NCBI RefSeq assembly: GCF_046714615.1
Contig: NZ_JBKKAP010000055.1
Location: 3,342-67,341, forward strand
DNA length: 64,000 bases
Direction of reading: 5' to 3'
Source of the DNA: Paeniglutamicibacter sp.
GTDB taxonomy: Bacteria; Actinomycetota; Actinomycetes; Actinomycetales; Micrococcaceae
Part shown: one piece after another, positions 10,717-21,314 of the stretch
How the letters are laid out: each line of letters starts with the position of its first letter
Position numbering within the stretch: position 1 is the stretch's first letter
Notes under the pieces: generated by a model
Seen by the model: only the letters and a program-made list of their open reading frames with translations
Databases searched by the model: none
What the model was told of the DNA's origin: nothing
Translations under genes and position numbers: made by a program

Positions 10717-11856
10717 CTAGAACGCGCGCTGCTCCGGGCCGTTGTATTCGGACAACGGGCGGATCAACGCGTTGGCCGCGCGCTGTTCCATCACGTGCGC
10801 GGTCCAGCCGGTGATGCGCGAGGCAATGAAGATCGGCGTGAACATGTCGGTGTCGAAGCCCATCAGGTGGTACGTCGGGCCGGCCGGGTAGTCGAGGTTG
10901 GGCTTGATGCCCTTGGCCTCGTCCATGGCCGCCTCGAGTCCGTCGTAGAGCCCAAGCATCTCGCTGCGGCCGTAGTGCGCGATCATCTTGTCCAACGCCG
11001 CCTTCATGGTCGGGACGCGGGAGTCGCCGTGCTTGTAGACGCGGTGCCCGAAGCCCATGACCTTCTTCTTGGCCGCCAGGGCATCTTCCATCCAGGCCTT
11101 GGCGCGTGCCGCGGCGTCCTCGCGGGATTCGTTCTTGTCGATCCCGATCTCCTGGAAAGTGTGCATGACGGCCTCGTTGGCACCGCCGTGCAGCGGGCCC
11201 TTGAGGGCGCCGATGGCGGCGGTGACAGCCGAATGCAGGTCCGAGAGCGTCGAGGTCACCACGCGTGCGGTGAACGTGGAGGCATTGAAGGAATGCTCCG
11301 CGTAGAGCACCATCGAAACGCGGAACGCGTCGACCACCTCGGGGGCGGCCTCCTCGCCGAAGGTCATCCACAGGAAGTTCTGCGAATAATCCAGGTCCTC
11401 ACGCGGCTCGATGACGCCCAGGCCGCGGCGGCGGCGCTGGTCGTAGGCGACCACCGCCGGGAACGCGGCGAAAAGTTCCTTGGCCTTGATGAGTTCGGCC
11501 TCCGGGGAGGAATCCTCGGCCAGGGCGTGGTTTGCCCCGATGACGGACACCGCCGTGCGGCCCACATCCATCGGGTGGCAATCCAGCGGCAGCAGGTCGA
11601 TGGCGGCCTTGACGTTGGAGACCAGCGCGCGTCCGGCCCGCTCGGCCGCCACGAAGTCGGTGAGCTCGATTTCGCTGGGCAGCTCGCCGGTCCACAGAAG
11701 CAGCGCCACTTCCTCAAAGCTCTTGGACGCGGCCAGGTCCTGGACCGGGTATCCACGGTAAAGCAGCGAATTCGTTTCCGAGTTCACCTTGGAAACGGCC
11801 GTGTAATCGACAACGACCCCGGCGAGGCCCTTCTTGATCTCAGTTTCAGTCATCAC
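10717..11856 (-). CDS. prpC: 2-methylcitrate synthase / citrate synthase
   Basis: IKKGLAGV, LLYRGY, YAEHSFNAST, KGPLHGGANE, MGFGHRVY, PNLDYP. Confidence 0.95.
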   Translation of the reverse strand: MMTETEIKKGLAGVVVDYTAVSKVNSETNSLLYRGYPVQDLAASKSFEEVALLLWTGELPSEIELTDFVAAERAGRALVSNVKAAIDLLPLDCHPMDVGRTAVSVIGANHALAEDSSPEAELIKAKELFAAFPAVVAYDQRRRRGLGVIEPREDLDYSQNFLWMTFGEEAAPEVVDAFRVSMVLYAEHSFNASTFTARVVTSTLSDLHSAVTAAIGALKGPLHGGANEAVMHTFQEIGIDKNESREDAAARAKAWMEDALAAKKKVMGFGHRVYKHGDSRVPTMKAALDKMIAHYGRSEMLGLYDGLEAAMDEAKGIKPNLDYPAGPTYHLMGFDTDMFTPIFIASRITGWTAHVMEQRAANALIRPLSEYNGPEQRAF

Positions 11857-11871
11857 TTCGCTCCTGACTTC

Positions 11872-12801
11872 CTACAGATTCGCGTTATTTGTGTGGATAT
11901 CCAGATCCGGAACCTGGAAATTGAAGATCCCGGTATCGAAGCGGTTGTACGCCTCATAGTCAACCAGCTCGTACAAACGAGCACGCGTCAACATTGAATC
12001 TACCCGAGACTCCTGGGTTCCGTCGGACACAATTGCATCAAGGACACGCTCGGCCTCGCCCATGGCGCTGCGCAGCAGGGTCACCGGGTAGATCACCATG
12101 GCCACGCCGGTGGCGGCCAGCTGTTGGCGGGTGAAAAGCTCGGACTTGCCGAACTCCGTCATGTTCGCCAGCACCGGGACATCCACCGCCTGGCACACGG
12201 CCTCGAACTCGGACAGGTCCTTCATGGCCTCGGGGAAGATGGCATCCGCGCCTGCATCCACCAGGGCCTTGGCCCGGTCGATGACGGCACCCAGGCCCTC
12301 GACGCCGCGCACATCGGTGCGCGCCATGATCAGGAAATTCGGATCCCGCCGGGCGTCGGCCGCGGCGGCAATGCGCTTGACCATGGTGCCCAGGTCGACG
12401 ACGTTCTTGCCGTCCAGGTGGCCGCAGCGCTTGGGGTTGAACTGGTCCTCGATGTGGCAGCCGGCCAGTCCTGCGTGCTCGAGTTCCTGGATGGTGCGGG
12501 CCACGTTCATGGGCTCGCCGAATCCGGTGTCGGCATCCACCAGGGTCGGCAGGTCCGTCATCCGGGCGATCTGCCCGGCACGGGTGGCCACCTCGGTCAG
12601 CGTGGTCAGCCCGATGTCCGGCAGGCCCAGGTCGTTGGCCAGCACGGCGCCGGAGACGTAGACGCCATCGAAGCCCTTTTCCTCGATCAACCGGGCCGAA
12701 AGCGGGTTGAAGGCCCCGGGGAACTGGCGCGCGGTTCCCGGAACGAGCATCTCGCGCAGGGCAGCGCGCTTCTGCTCGGGGGTGACGTTCGAGTACAACA
12801 T
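11872..12801 (-). CDS. prpB: 2-methylisocitrate lyase
   Basis: ATG at 12801 overlapping the prpD stop; DADTGFG, HIEDQ..PKRCGH, ARTD, ANMTEFGK. Confidence 0.95.
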   Translation of the reverse strand: MLYSNVTPEQKRAALREMLVPGTARQFPGAFNPLSARLIEEKGFDGVYVSGAVLANDLGLPDIGLTTLTEVATRAGQIARMTDLPTLVDADTGFGEPMNVARTIQELEHAGLAGCHIEDQFNPKRCGHLDGKNVVDLGTMVKRIAAAADARRDPNFLIMARTDVRGVEGLGAVIDRAKALVDAGADAIFPEAMKDLSEFEAVCQAVDVPVLANMTEFGKSELFTRQQLAATGVAMVIYPVTLLRSAMGEAERVLDAIVSDGTQESRVDSMLTRARLYELVDYEAYNRFDTGIFNFQVPDLDIHTNNANL

Positions 12802-14318
12802 TAGAACAATCCCTTCGGGGCGGCAGCGAGGTCGATGACGCCCGGTGCCGCAACGATGTTCAGCGCATCGAGCTCCCCGGCACCGAGCTTCTCCAGGTTT
12901 TCGGCCGCCGCGATGAAGCGGTCGATTTCGTCGTCCTCCACCAGGCCGGCGGCCAGGGTGCGGAACTTGTTGATGTACTGCTCGCGGGCGAACGGCCGGG
13001 CGCCGAGCGGGTGGGCGTCGGCCACGGCGATCTCGTCGGTGATCACGGTGCCGTCGGCCAGGATGATGACCACCGAGCCGCCGAAGGCCTTTTCGTTGAT
13101 GTCCAGCGAGTGGTAGCGGCGGGTCCACTCCTTGTCTTCCTCGGTGGTGACCTTGTTCCACAGCTCGATGGTGTCGGGGCGGCCGGCGCGCTCGGGGGAG
13201 TAGGAATCCACATGGTGCCAGGCGCCGTCCTGCAGGGCGACGGTGAAGATGTACGGGATCGAGTGGTCAAGCGTCTCGCGCGATGCCGTCGGATCGTACT
13301 TCTGCGGGTCGTTGGCGCCGGAGCCGATCACGTAGTGGGTGTGGTGGCTGGTCCTGATGAGCACCGAGGCGACGTTCTTGGCGTCGGCGGCCTCCGGGTG
13401 TTCGCGGTTCAGCTTGCGGGCCAGGTCGATCCAGGCCTGGGCCTGGTACTCGGCGGAGTGCTCCTTGGTGTAGGTGTCAAGGATGGCGCGCTTGGCCTCG
13501 CCAGCTTCCGGCAACGGCACCTCGTAGGCGGCGTCCGGCCCGTCCAGCATCCAGGCGATGACGCCGTCCTCGCCTTCGTAGATCGGCACCGGGGAAGTCT
13601 GGCCGCGCATGGCGCGGTCGGCCGCCTCGACGGCCATCTTGCCGGCGAATGCCGGGGCGTGCGCCTTCCAGGTGGAGATTTCGCCCTTGCGCGACTGCCG
13701 GGTGGCGGTGGTGGTGTGCAGGCCCTGGCCCACGGCCTGGAAGATGGTTTCGACATCCAGGCCCAGCAGGGTGCCGATGCCGGCGGAGGCCGAGGGGCCC
13801 AGGTGCGCCACGTGGTCGATCTTGTGCTTGTGCAGGCAGATGGCCTTGACCAGGTCGACCTGGATCTCGTAGCCGGTGGCGATGCCGCGGATCAGGTCCT
13901 TGCCCGAGGCACCGGTGTGCTGGGCGACGGACAGGATCGGCGGGATGTTGTCGCCCGGGTGGGAGTACTCGGCGGCCAGGAAGGTGTCGTGGTAGTCGAG
14001 CTCGCGCACCGCCACGCCGTTGGCCCAGGCTGCCCATTCGGGGGAGACCTTCTCGGTGATGCCGAAGACTGAGGCACCCTTGCCGCCGGTGGACGGGGCG
14101 TGGGTCAGTGCCTGGGCGCGGGCGGCGACGATGGGGCCGCGGTTCAGCGAGGCAATGGCAACGGAGGCGTTGTCGATGATGCGGTTGATGATCATCTCAG
14201 TGACCTCGGCGGTGACCGCTACGGGGTCGGCCGCGACTTCTGCGATCTTGTGCGCGAGCTGGTCCTCGCGGGCAAGGTTTTCTTCACTGCGGTAGACGCG
14301 TACTGGGTGGTTGATCAT
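12801..14318 (-). CDS. prpD: 2-methylcitrate dehydratase (MmgE/PrpD)
   Basis: [48 protein letters not shown]. Confidence 0.95.
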   Translation of the reverse strand: MINHPVRVYRSEENLAREDQLAHKIAEVAADPVAVTAEVTEMIINRIIDNASVAIASLNRGPIVAARAQALTHAPSTGGKGASVFGITEKVSPEWAAWANGVAVRELDYHDTFLAAEYSHPGDNIPPILSVAQHTGASGKDLIRGIATGYEIQVDLVKAICLHKHKIDHVAHLGPSASAGIGTLLGLDVETIFQAVGQGLHTTTATRQSRKGEISTWKAHAPAFAGKMAVEAADRAMRGQTSPVPIYEGEDGVIAWMLDGPDAAYEVPLPEAGEAKRAILDTYTKEHSAEYQAQAWIDLARKLNREHPEAADAKNVASVLIRTSHHTHYVIGSGANDPQKYDPTASRETLDHSIPYIFTVALQDGAWHHVDSYSPERAGRPDTIELWNKVTTEEDKEWTRRYHSLDINEKAFGGSVVIILADGTVITDEIAVADAHPLGARPFAREQYINKFRTLAAGLVEDDEIDRFIAAAENLEKLGAGELDALNIVAAPGVIDLAAAPKGLF

Positions 14319-14963
14319 TTAGGTGTCCTCTCTGGAACCGGCATGGGTTTTGATGTGTTCAAGACTGTGGTGAAGGTGCAACTGGGTGGCCGCCGCGGCG
14401 ACCTCCGGGTTTTGTGCCGCGATGGCCTCGGCGATCGCTGCATGTTCGAGGGCCGAGGTTGCCAGGCGTTCGGGGTCGTCCTGGGCCAGGCGGCGGACCC
14501 GGGCCAGGTGCACCCGCAGGGAACGCAGGGCCTGCTCGATGTAGGGGTTGTCCACCGCCGCGTCGATGCTTCGGTCAAGTTCCCCGGCGAGCCGGTAGTA
14601 GGCCTCGCGGGTCTCCGGGTCGGTGGAACGTCCAGCTTCCATGAAGCGGGAGCGCAGTGCCGCAAAGACGGCGGGCTCGGCGTTTCGCGCAGCAATGCGG
14701 GCCGATTCGACCTCAAGGGCCCGGCGCAAGGCAAAGAGGTCATCGACGTGCTCGTGCGAGACGTCCGAGACGATAGCGCCGCGGCCGCGCTGCTGCACAG
14801 CCAGCCCGTCGGCGACCAGTCGCGCCAGTGCCTCACGCAGCGGGGTGCGTGAAACACCCAGGCGTTCTGCCTGTTCCACTTCGCCCAGCACGGCACCGGG
14901 ACGCAACCGCCATTCGACGATGTCCGTTCGCAGTGCCTCGTAGGCCTTATCGCTTGCCCTCAT
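14319..14963 (-). CDS. GntR/FadR family transcriptional regulator of the prp operon
   Basis: N-terminal wHTH LGVSRTPLREAL; C-terminal FCD domain (EHAAIAEAI...HL). Confidence 0.9.
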   Translation of the reverse strand: MRASDKAYEALRTDIVEWRLRPGAVLGEVEQAERLGVSRTPLREALARLVADGLAVQQRGRGAIVSDVSHEHVDDLFALRRALEVESARIAARNAEPAVFAALRSRFMEAGRSTDPETREAYYRLAGELDRSIDAAVDNPYIEQALRSLRVHLARVRRLAQDDPERLATSALEHAAIAEAIAAQNPEVAAAATQLHLHHSLEHIKTHAGSREDT

Positions 14964-14970
14964 GCCACCA

Positions 14971-15043
14971 ATTGTATACAGAAAACCCACGAAGTCACGT
15001 GATCGATGGAAATCGGGGCGAAAAAATTGGGCTCGTGTATACA
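14971..15043. promoter_or_regulatory. Two TGTATACA palindromes (GntR-type operators) and a leaderless -10 element for the regulator
   Basis: TGTATACA at 14973-14980 and 15036-15043 in the divergent intergenic region; minus-strand TACAAT lies 7 nt before the ATG at 14963. Confidence 0.65.
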
Positions 15044-15126
15044 TTCATCTTGAAAATGTGTGGCGACAGTCATATGCTCGGTGAAGCCCGAATCAAGCAC
15101 GCGACACGAATGGACGGACGGTTCGC

Positions 15127-17028
15127 ATGGCACCGACTTACGCGCAGAGATTTGCCGAAGCCAAGAACGACCCTGCGGCCTTCTGGCTCAAGGAAGCCGC
15201 AACAATCGACTGGGAACTCCCGCCCGCGACCGGCCTGGATGAGCGCCGCGCACCGATCTATGCGTGGTACCCGGACGGGGTGCTGAACGTTTGCCACAAT
15301 GCGCTTGACCGCCACGTGGCGGCAGGCCGCGGGGAGAACACCGCACTGATCTACGACTCCGCGGTGCTCGGCATCCAGGAACGCTTCAGCTACGCCCAGC
15401 TGCTGGCCAAGGTCGAGACCTTCGCCGGCGTCCTGCGGGATGCGGGGATCGGCGTGGGGGACCGGGTGTTGATCTACCTGCCGATGATTCCGCAGGCGCA
15501 CATCGCCATGCTGGCCTGTGCCCGCATCGGCGCGGTGCACTCGGTGGTCTTCGGCGGCTTCGCCCCCAAGGAACTGGCCGCGCGCATCGACGACGCCACA
15601 CCCGCCGCCATCGTCACCGCCACAGGCGGCATCGAACCCTCGCGCCGCATCGAATACCTTCCGGCCGTCGCCGAAGCCATCGGGATGGCAAGCCACAAGA
15701 TTTCCACCGTCATCGTTGCCCACCGCGAGGGCTTCGCGCACCAGCGAAACGAATTCGCGGGCACCGACACCACCTGGCACGACTGGGACGAGCTGGCCGC
15801 GGCGGCCGAACCCGCCGCGGCGGTTCCGGTGCCTGCCACCCACCCCCTTTACATCCTCTACACCTCGGGCACCACCGGTGCGCCCAAGGGCGTGGTGCGC
15901 GATTCCGGCGGCTACGCGGTGGCGATGGACTTCTCAATGCGCAACATCTACGGGGTGGGGCCCGGCTCCACCATGCTCACGGCCTCCGACGTGGGCTGGG
16001 TCGTCGGCCACTCCTACATCGTCTACGGACCGCTGATCGCAGGGGCCACCACGGTGCTCTACGAGGGCAAGCCCGTGGGCACCCCCGACGCCGGGGCCTT
16101 CTGGCGACTCATCGAGGACCACCGGGTGGACACGTTCTTCACCGCACCGACCGCGCTGCGCGCCATCCGCAAGGCCGACCCCGAAGCCGAGCTCATGGCC
16201 GGGTACGACCTGTCCAGCCTCAAGAACTTCTTCGTGGCCGGCGAGCGGCTGGACCCTGACACCTACGTGTGGGCAGGGGAAAAGCTCGGGGTGCCGGTGG
16301 TGGACAACTGGTGGCAGACCGAGACCGGATGGCCCATCGCCTCGAACCCCGTGGGACTTGAGGTGCTTCAGCTGAAGGCCGGATCGCCCACGGTCCCGGT
16401 GCCGGGCTACGACGTGCGGATCCTGGACGGGCTCGGTGCCGAGGTGGGCGCCGGCGAAGAGGGGAACATCGCCATCAAGCTGCCGCTGCCCCCGGGCACC
16501 CTGGCCACGCTGTGGGGCAACGACCAGCGCTTCATCGAGACCTACCTGGAGCACTTCCCGGGCTACTACGCCACCGGGGACTCGGGCTACCTGGATGAGG
16601 ACGGCTACCTCTTTGTGATGGGCCGAACCGACGACGTCATCAACGTCTCCGGGCACCGGCTCTCCACCGGCGCCATGGAACAGGTCCTGGGCTCCCACCG
16701 GGCGGTGGCCGAATGCGCCGTCATCGGTGTCGCCGACGAGCTCAAGGGACAGCGGCCCAGCGGGTACGTGGTGCTCAAGAGCGGGGCGGCGATCTCCGAG
16801 GCGGACCTGGCCAAGGAACTGGTCGCGATGGTGCGGGCCCACATCGGCCCGGTCGCGGACTTCCGCGAGGTGCGCATCGTGGCGGCGCTGCCCAAGACCC
16901 GCTCGGGCAAGATCCTGCGCAAGACCATGCGGCAGATCGCCGACGGCAAGCCCTACGCGGTGCCCTCCACCATCGAGGACCCGAAGGTGATCGAGGAACT
17001 GATCCCGTTCCTGCGGCCGGCCGGCTAG
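15127..17028 (+). CDS. prpE: Propionyl-CoA synthetase
   Basis: YILYTSGTTGAPKG, SDVGWVVGHSY, DNWWQTETG, GHRLST, LPKTRSGKILR; divergent from prpDBC. Confidence 0.9.
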   Translation: MAPTYAQRFAEAKNDPAAFWLKEAATIDWELPPATGLDERRAPIYAWYPDGVLNVCHNALDRHVAAGRGENTALIYDSAVLGIQERFSYAQLLAKVETFAGVLRDAGIGVGDRVLIYLPMIPQAHIAMLACARIGAVHSVVFGGFAPKELAARIDDATPAAIVTATGGIEPSRRIEYLPAVAEAIGMASHKISTVIVAHREGFAHQRNEFAGTDTTWHDWDELAAAAEPAAAVPVPATHPLYILYTSGTTGAPKGVVRDSGGYAVAMDFSMRNIYGVGPGSTMLTASDVGWVVGHSYIVYGPLIAGATTVLYEGKPVGTPDAGAFWRLIEDHRVDTFFTAPTALRAIRKADPEAELMAGYDLSSLKNFFVAGERLDPDTYVWAGEKLGVPVVDNWWQTETGWPIASNPVGLEVLQLKAGSPTVPVPGYDVRILDGLGAEVGAGEEGNIAIKLPLPPGTLATLWGNDQRFIETYLEHFPGYYATGDSGYLDEDGYLFVMGRTDDVINVSGHRLSTGAMEQVLGSHRAVAECAVIGVADELKGQRPSGYVVLKSGAAISEADLAKELVAMVRAHIGPVADFREVRIVAALPKTRSGKILRKTMRQIADGKPYAVPSTIEDPKVIEELIPFLRPAG

Positions 17029-17040
17029 TCGAGCCAAAAC

Positions 17041-17073
17041 TGAGGCTCCCGGGGGACTGCCCCGGGAGCCTCA
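17041..17073. terminator. Bidirectional hairpin between convergent genes
   Basis: tgaggctcccgggg-gactg-ccccgggagcctca inverted repeat. Confidence 0.7.
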
Positions 17074-17781
17074 GTTCGTCCGGCGCCAGGTGTATTCGTA
17101 CTCCGGGCGGCCCCGGGTCCCGTGTCGCGGAGCCTTGGCAGCCTGCTTGGTCTCGGCCAGGTGCTCGAGGTAGCGCCGGGCCGTGACCCGGGAGAGGTCC
17201 AGCAGTTCGGAGACCTCGGTGGCAGAGAGCGCGGCGCTCGCCGTGCGCAGGGTCTCGGCGATGGCGCCGAGGGTCTCGGTGATCAGCCCCTTGGGCAGCG
17301 GGGCGGGACCCACCGAGCGCAGCGCGGCGAACGCGTTGTCGATCGACTCCTGCGAGGCGGAGGAGCCCGCGGTGCCAAGGTTGAGGCGGAAGTTGCGGTA
17401 GTTCTCCAGCTTCTCGGAAAACGCGGCGAAGCCGAAGGGCTTGATCAGGTACTGGGTCACGCCGGCGGAGATGGCGGTGCGCACCACGTTCAGGTCCCTG
17501 ATCGCGGTGATCGCGATGATGTCCACGGTGTTGCCGCGTCCGCGCACCCGCCGGGCGACGTCCAGCCCGTGCAAATCCGGCAGGTTCATGTCCAGCAGCA
17601 CCAGATCGATCGGCGTGCCCGCCTCCTGTGCGGCATCCAGGGCCGCGAAGGCCTCTTGGCCGCTGTGCGCGACGGCGTGCACCTCGAAGCCGGGGACGCG
17701 GGTGACGAACTTGGCGTGCGCGGCGGCGGTGGTGGCCTCGTCGTCAACCACGAGAACGCGGAGGTCTCTGTGCGGATCCAT
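17071..17781 (-). CDS. CitB/DcuR family response regulator
   Basis: VLVVDDE, LLDMNLPD, YLIKPF, LPKGL, SRVTARRYLEHL. Confidence 0.92.
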   Translation of the reverse strand: MDPHRDLRVLVVDDEATTAAAHAKFVTRVPGFEVHAVAHSGQEAFAALDAAQEAGTPIDLVLLDMNLPDLHGLDVARRVRGRGNTVDIIAITAIRDLNVVRTAISAGVTQYLIKPFGFAAFSEKLENYRNFRLNLGTAGSSASQESIDNAFAALRSVGPAPLPKGLITETLGAIAETLRTASAALSATEVSELLDLSRVTARRYLEHLAETKQAAKAPRHGTRGRPEYEYTWRRTN

Positions 17782-17847
17782 GTACCGGTGCTTCCTTGGG
17801 CTTGGTCGTATGAGGGGAATCGGGCTCCGCGGGTCGGCCCGCGGCGG

Positions 17848-19539
17848 TCAGGCAGGCGGGCGCGGCCGGTGGGCCAGCGGCAGCGTCACGGTGAAGATGG
17901 CCCCGGCATCATTATCCACTTCCAGGGACCCGCCCAGGCGCGCAACCGCCTGGCGCACCAGCGCCAGGCCCAGCCCGCGCGAGCCGCTGCCCGCGGCCAC
18001 CGGCTTGGAGGAGACGCCCAGGCGGAAGTATTCGTCGAGCAGATCCGGATCCACGCCCGGCCCGGAGTCGGCGACCGTGACCACCACCGACTCGTCGTCG
18101 GCGGCGAAGTCGGCCCAGACGCGGCGCTGCTCGGACCCGGCGGCGGCATCGAAGGCGTTGTCCAGCAGGTTCCCGGTGATCGTCACCAGGTCCCTGGCAT
18201 CCAGGGCGCCGGCGGGCAGCCGGCCGGAGGCGGACATGGTCAGCGTGATGCCGCGTTCGTGGGCCTGCGCCGCCTTGCCCACCAGCAGCGAGGTCAGGTA
18301 GGGCTCGTCGACCGCCTGCACGAATTCGTCGGTGAGCCGCTGGGATTCCTGCCTGTCGGCCACCGCGAACTCCAGCGCCTCGCGTTCGCGGCCCAGCTCG
18401 ATGAGCGTGGCCACGGTGTGCAGCCGGTTGGCGTGCTCGTGGGTCTGGGCACGCAGCGCCTCGGTGAGCGTGGTGAGGGATTCGAGCTGGCCGGTCAGCG
18501 CCTGGACCTCGGTGTGGTCTCGCAGCGTTGCCACGGTGCCCAGCGAGGATTCCACCTGCCTGCGGCGCAGCGTCCAGCGCACGCGCGCCCCGGGATCCGA
18601 ATCCGGCTGCTCGGCGTTCTGCTGGGAAATCACCAGCACCCGGTTCTGTGTCAGGTGGATCTCGTCGGTGGCGCGCCGCCCCGAGGCAAAGAGCTCGGCG
18701 ACGGTCTCCGGCAGCCCCACCTGCGTCACCGGCAGCGGGCGCAGCGACCCTGCGGGGGGCAGGCCCAGCAACTGGGCGGCCTGGTCGTTGTAGAGCACCA
18801 GCCTGCCCTTGGCATCGACCAGCACCAGGCCCTCGCGCAGCGAATGCAGGGCGGAAAAGTAGTAGGCGTAGAGCCGGCGCAATTCCTCCGGGCCATAGCC
18901 CAGCGTGGCGCGGTGCAGGTACCGGCTCAGCGCGTAGGTGAACAGGCCCCCGAGCCCCACCGCCAGCAGCCCCACCAGCAGCGTTGCTGGGATGATCGCG
19001 GCCTGGGTGACACCCAGAGACTGCAGCGTGACGCCGACCGCCACCATCGCGATCACGGTGCCGCCGGCGTCCCGGATCGGGGTGATGGCGCGCACCGAGG
19101 GGCCCAGGGTGCCGGGATAGTCCTCCACCTGGCTGGCCCCGGCCAGGGCACGCTCGACGCTGCCCACGTACTTGCGCCCGATCTCGCTTGCGGTGGGGTG
19201 GGTGTAGCGGGTGCGGTCGGTGTCCATGATGGTCACGAAATCCACCGAGGCGTGTTGAAGGATCTGGCCGGCAAAGGGCTGCAGCACCCCGGAGGGGTCG
19301 GGCCCCTGCACCGCGTCGATCACGAACGGGTCGTGGGAGAGGGTCTCGGCGACCGAGAGCACGCGCTTGGCGGCAAAATCGTGGGCCTGGGCGCGGGCGT
19401 TGAGGTACCCGGCGGCGCTGACCGCCGACACCACCAGCGCCACCAGTGCCAGCTGCGCGACGAAAATGCGGGCGGCCAGCGAATAGGGGCCGCGGCCGCG
19501 GTGCCGGGTGGCGGGGGATCGCAAAGCCGCACGTGGCAT
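17848..19539 (-). CDS. CitA/DcuS family sensor histidine kinase
   Basis: TM-sCache (RYTHP, GTLGPSVRA)-TM-PAS; LRAQTHEHANRLH H-box; GNLLDNA, DSGPG, GLGL; exact start uncertain. Confidence 0.9.
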   Translation of the reverse strand: MPRAALRSPATRHRGRGPYSLAARIFVAQLALVALVVSAVSAAGYLNARAQAHDFAAKRVLSVAETLSHDPFVIDAVQGPDPSGVLQPFAGQILQHASVDFVTIMDTDRTRYTHPTASEIGRKYVGSVERALAGASQVEDYPGTLGPSVRAITPIRDAGGTVIAMVAVGVTLQSLGVTQAAIIPATLLVGLLAVGLGGLFTYALSRYLHRATLGYGPEELRRLYAYYFSALHSLREGLVLVDAKGRLVLYNDQAAQLLGLPPAGSLRPLPVTQVGLPETVAELFASGRRATDEIHLTQNRVLVISQQNAEQPDSDPGARVRWTLRRRQVESSLGTVATLRDHTEVQALTGQLESLTTLTEALRAQTHEHANRLHTVATLIELGREREALEFAVADRQESQRLTDEFVQAVDEPYLTSLLVGKAAQAHERGITLTMSASGRLPAGALDARDLVTITGNLLDNAFDAAAGSEQRRVWADFAADDESVVVTVADSGPGVDPDLLDEYFRLGVSSKPVAAGSGSRGLGLALVRQAVARLGGSLEVDNDAGAIFTVTLPLAHRPRPPA

Positions 19540-19735
19540 GGGGGGCGCCTCCACTTCTCCTGGTCCTGGGGTGGCGCACATCGCGCTCCTCTTGGGTGGC
19601 ACGTCAACAAGCGCGCCATGACCATTATGAACACAAGAGAGATCTCGATCACTTTGGGCCCCACCATGGATGAAGAGCTCACGGCGCGTCGAAGCGCCAG
19701 ACCCCCACAGCAGCAACATCCTAGAAGGAGCCATC

Positions 19736-21052
19736 ATGGCAACGACGCCGGCAGCGAGCGGAGTCCTGGACCGGGACCCGATCGAGAACCAGGAACCACC
19801 GCTCAAGAAGGACCGCACCCACTGGCTGTACATCATGGTGATCGTCGCCGTGGTCGCCGGCGCGGCCATCGGCCTGGTGGCCCCGGACCTCGGCAAGGCA
19901 CTCAAGCCGCTGGGCACCGGATTCGTCGCGCTGATCAAGATGATCATCGCCCCGGTGATCTTCTGCACCATCGTCCTGGGCATCGGCTCGATCGCCAAGG
20001 CCGCCACGGTCGGCAAGGTCGGCGGACTGGCGCTGCTGTACTTCATCACCATGTCAACCTTCGCCCTGGCCATCGGCCTGTTCGTCGGCAACCTGGTCCA
20101 CCCGGGTTCCGGACTGAAGCTGCAGCCCTACGAGGGCGCCGCAGGCGGAGCCGAGAACGCCACCGTCACGTTCCTGCTTGAGCTGATCCCGGGCGACATC
20201 CCGGTGCTGCCGACCCTGGTCCTGGCACTCTTCGTGGGCTTCGCCCTGCAGTCCATGGGCAAGAGCGGCGAGCCGGTGCTCGGGGCCATCCGGAACATCC
20301 AGGCCGTGGTCTTCCGCCTGATGATGATGATCATGTGGATCGCCCCGGTTGGCGCCTTCGGTGCCATCGCAGCGGTCGTCGGCGCCACCGGCTGGGCAGC
20401 CATCGGCTCCATGGCCATCCTCATGGGTGCCTTCTACGCCACCTGCGCACTGTTCATCATCGTGATCCTCGGCTCGCTGCTGCGCGCCGTGACAGGCCTG
20501 AACATCTTCTCGCTGATGAAGTACCTGGCCCGCGAATACCTGCTGATCTTCTCCACCTCATCCTCCGAGTCCGCGCTGCCGCGCCTGATCGCCAAGATGG
20601 AACACGTGGGCGTCTCCAAGCCGGTCGTGGGCATCACGGTTCCCACCGGCTACTCCTTCAACCTCGACGGCACCGCGATCTACCTGACCATGAGCGCCCT
20701 ATTCGTCTCCACGGCCATGGGCATGCCGATGAACATCGGCGAGCAGATCTCCCTGCTGGTCTTCATGATCGTCGCCTCCAAGGGCGCCGCCGGCGTCACC
20801 GGCGCCGGCCTCGCCACGCTGGCGGCAGGCCTGCAGTCGCACCGCCCGGAACTGCTTGACGGCATGGGCGTGATCGTGGGCATCGACAAGTTCATGTCCG
20901 AGGCCCGCGCGCTGACCAACTTCACCGGCAATGCAGTGGCAACGCTGCTGATCGGCAAGTGGACCAGGGAAATCGACATGGAGCAGGCCCGCGCGGTGCT
21001 TGCCGGGGACCGTCCCTTCGACGAGCTCTCGCTGACAGCCAACGAGCACTAG
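19736..21052 (+). CDS. dctA: Cation:dicarboxylate symporter (DctA family)
   Basis: LIKMIIAPVIF, STSSSESALP, VPTGYSFNLDGT, SKGAAGVTG, DKFMSE.R.LTN; RBS gaaggag. Confidence 0.9.
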   Translation: MATTPAASGVLDRDPIENQEPPLKKDRTHWLYIMVIVAVVAGAAIGLVAPDLGKALKPLGTGFVALIKMIIAPVIFCTIVLGIGSIAKAATVGKVGGLALLYFITMSTFALAIGLFVGNLVHPGSGLKLQPYEGAAGGAENATVTFLLELIPGDIPVLPTLVLALFVGFALQSMGKSGEPVLGAIRNIQAVVFRLMMMIMWIAPVGAFGAIAAVVGATGWAAIGSMAILMGAFYATCALFIIVILGSLLRAVTGLNIFSLMKYLAREYLLIFSTSSSESALPRLIAKMEHVGVSKPVVGITVPTGYSFNLDGTAIYLTMSALFVSTAMGMPMNIGEQISLLVFMIVASKGAAGVTGAGLATLAAGLQSHRPELLDGMGVIVGIDKFMSEARALTNFTGNAVATLLIGKWTREIDMEQARAVLAGDRPFDELSLTANEH

Positions 21053-21314
21053 CCCCGCCAACGCGCTGCCACGGCCGCCGCGCTCGCCAATGCGAGCACG
21101 GCGGCCGGTGCCGTTAACCGGTGCCGTTAAGGCGTCAGGCATGCCGTGCCCCGTTGGCCGGGGACGGCGCCGCGGGGCAGCGTTCACGGCACGCCATAAC
21201 ATTGGACTTCAACTTCAAGGTAAAGGCTCGCCGCGCCGCCGATTGGGCAAAGGCCGGTGCGCAACCTATACCCTTGATTGAAGTAGTCAACCAGATCGCA
21301 CAACGAACGGAAGC

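Noticed and set aside
17122-20181. 1019-aa plus-strand ORF (and the 1207-aa minus-strand ORF at 33643-37266)
   Set aside because: Antisense or alternate-frame shadows of real high-GC genes; no recognisable motifs
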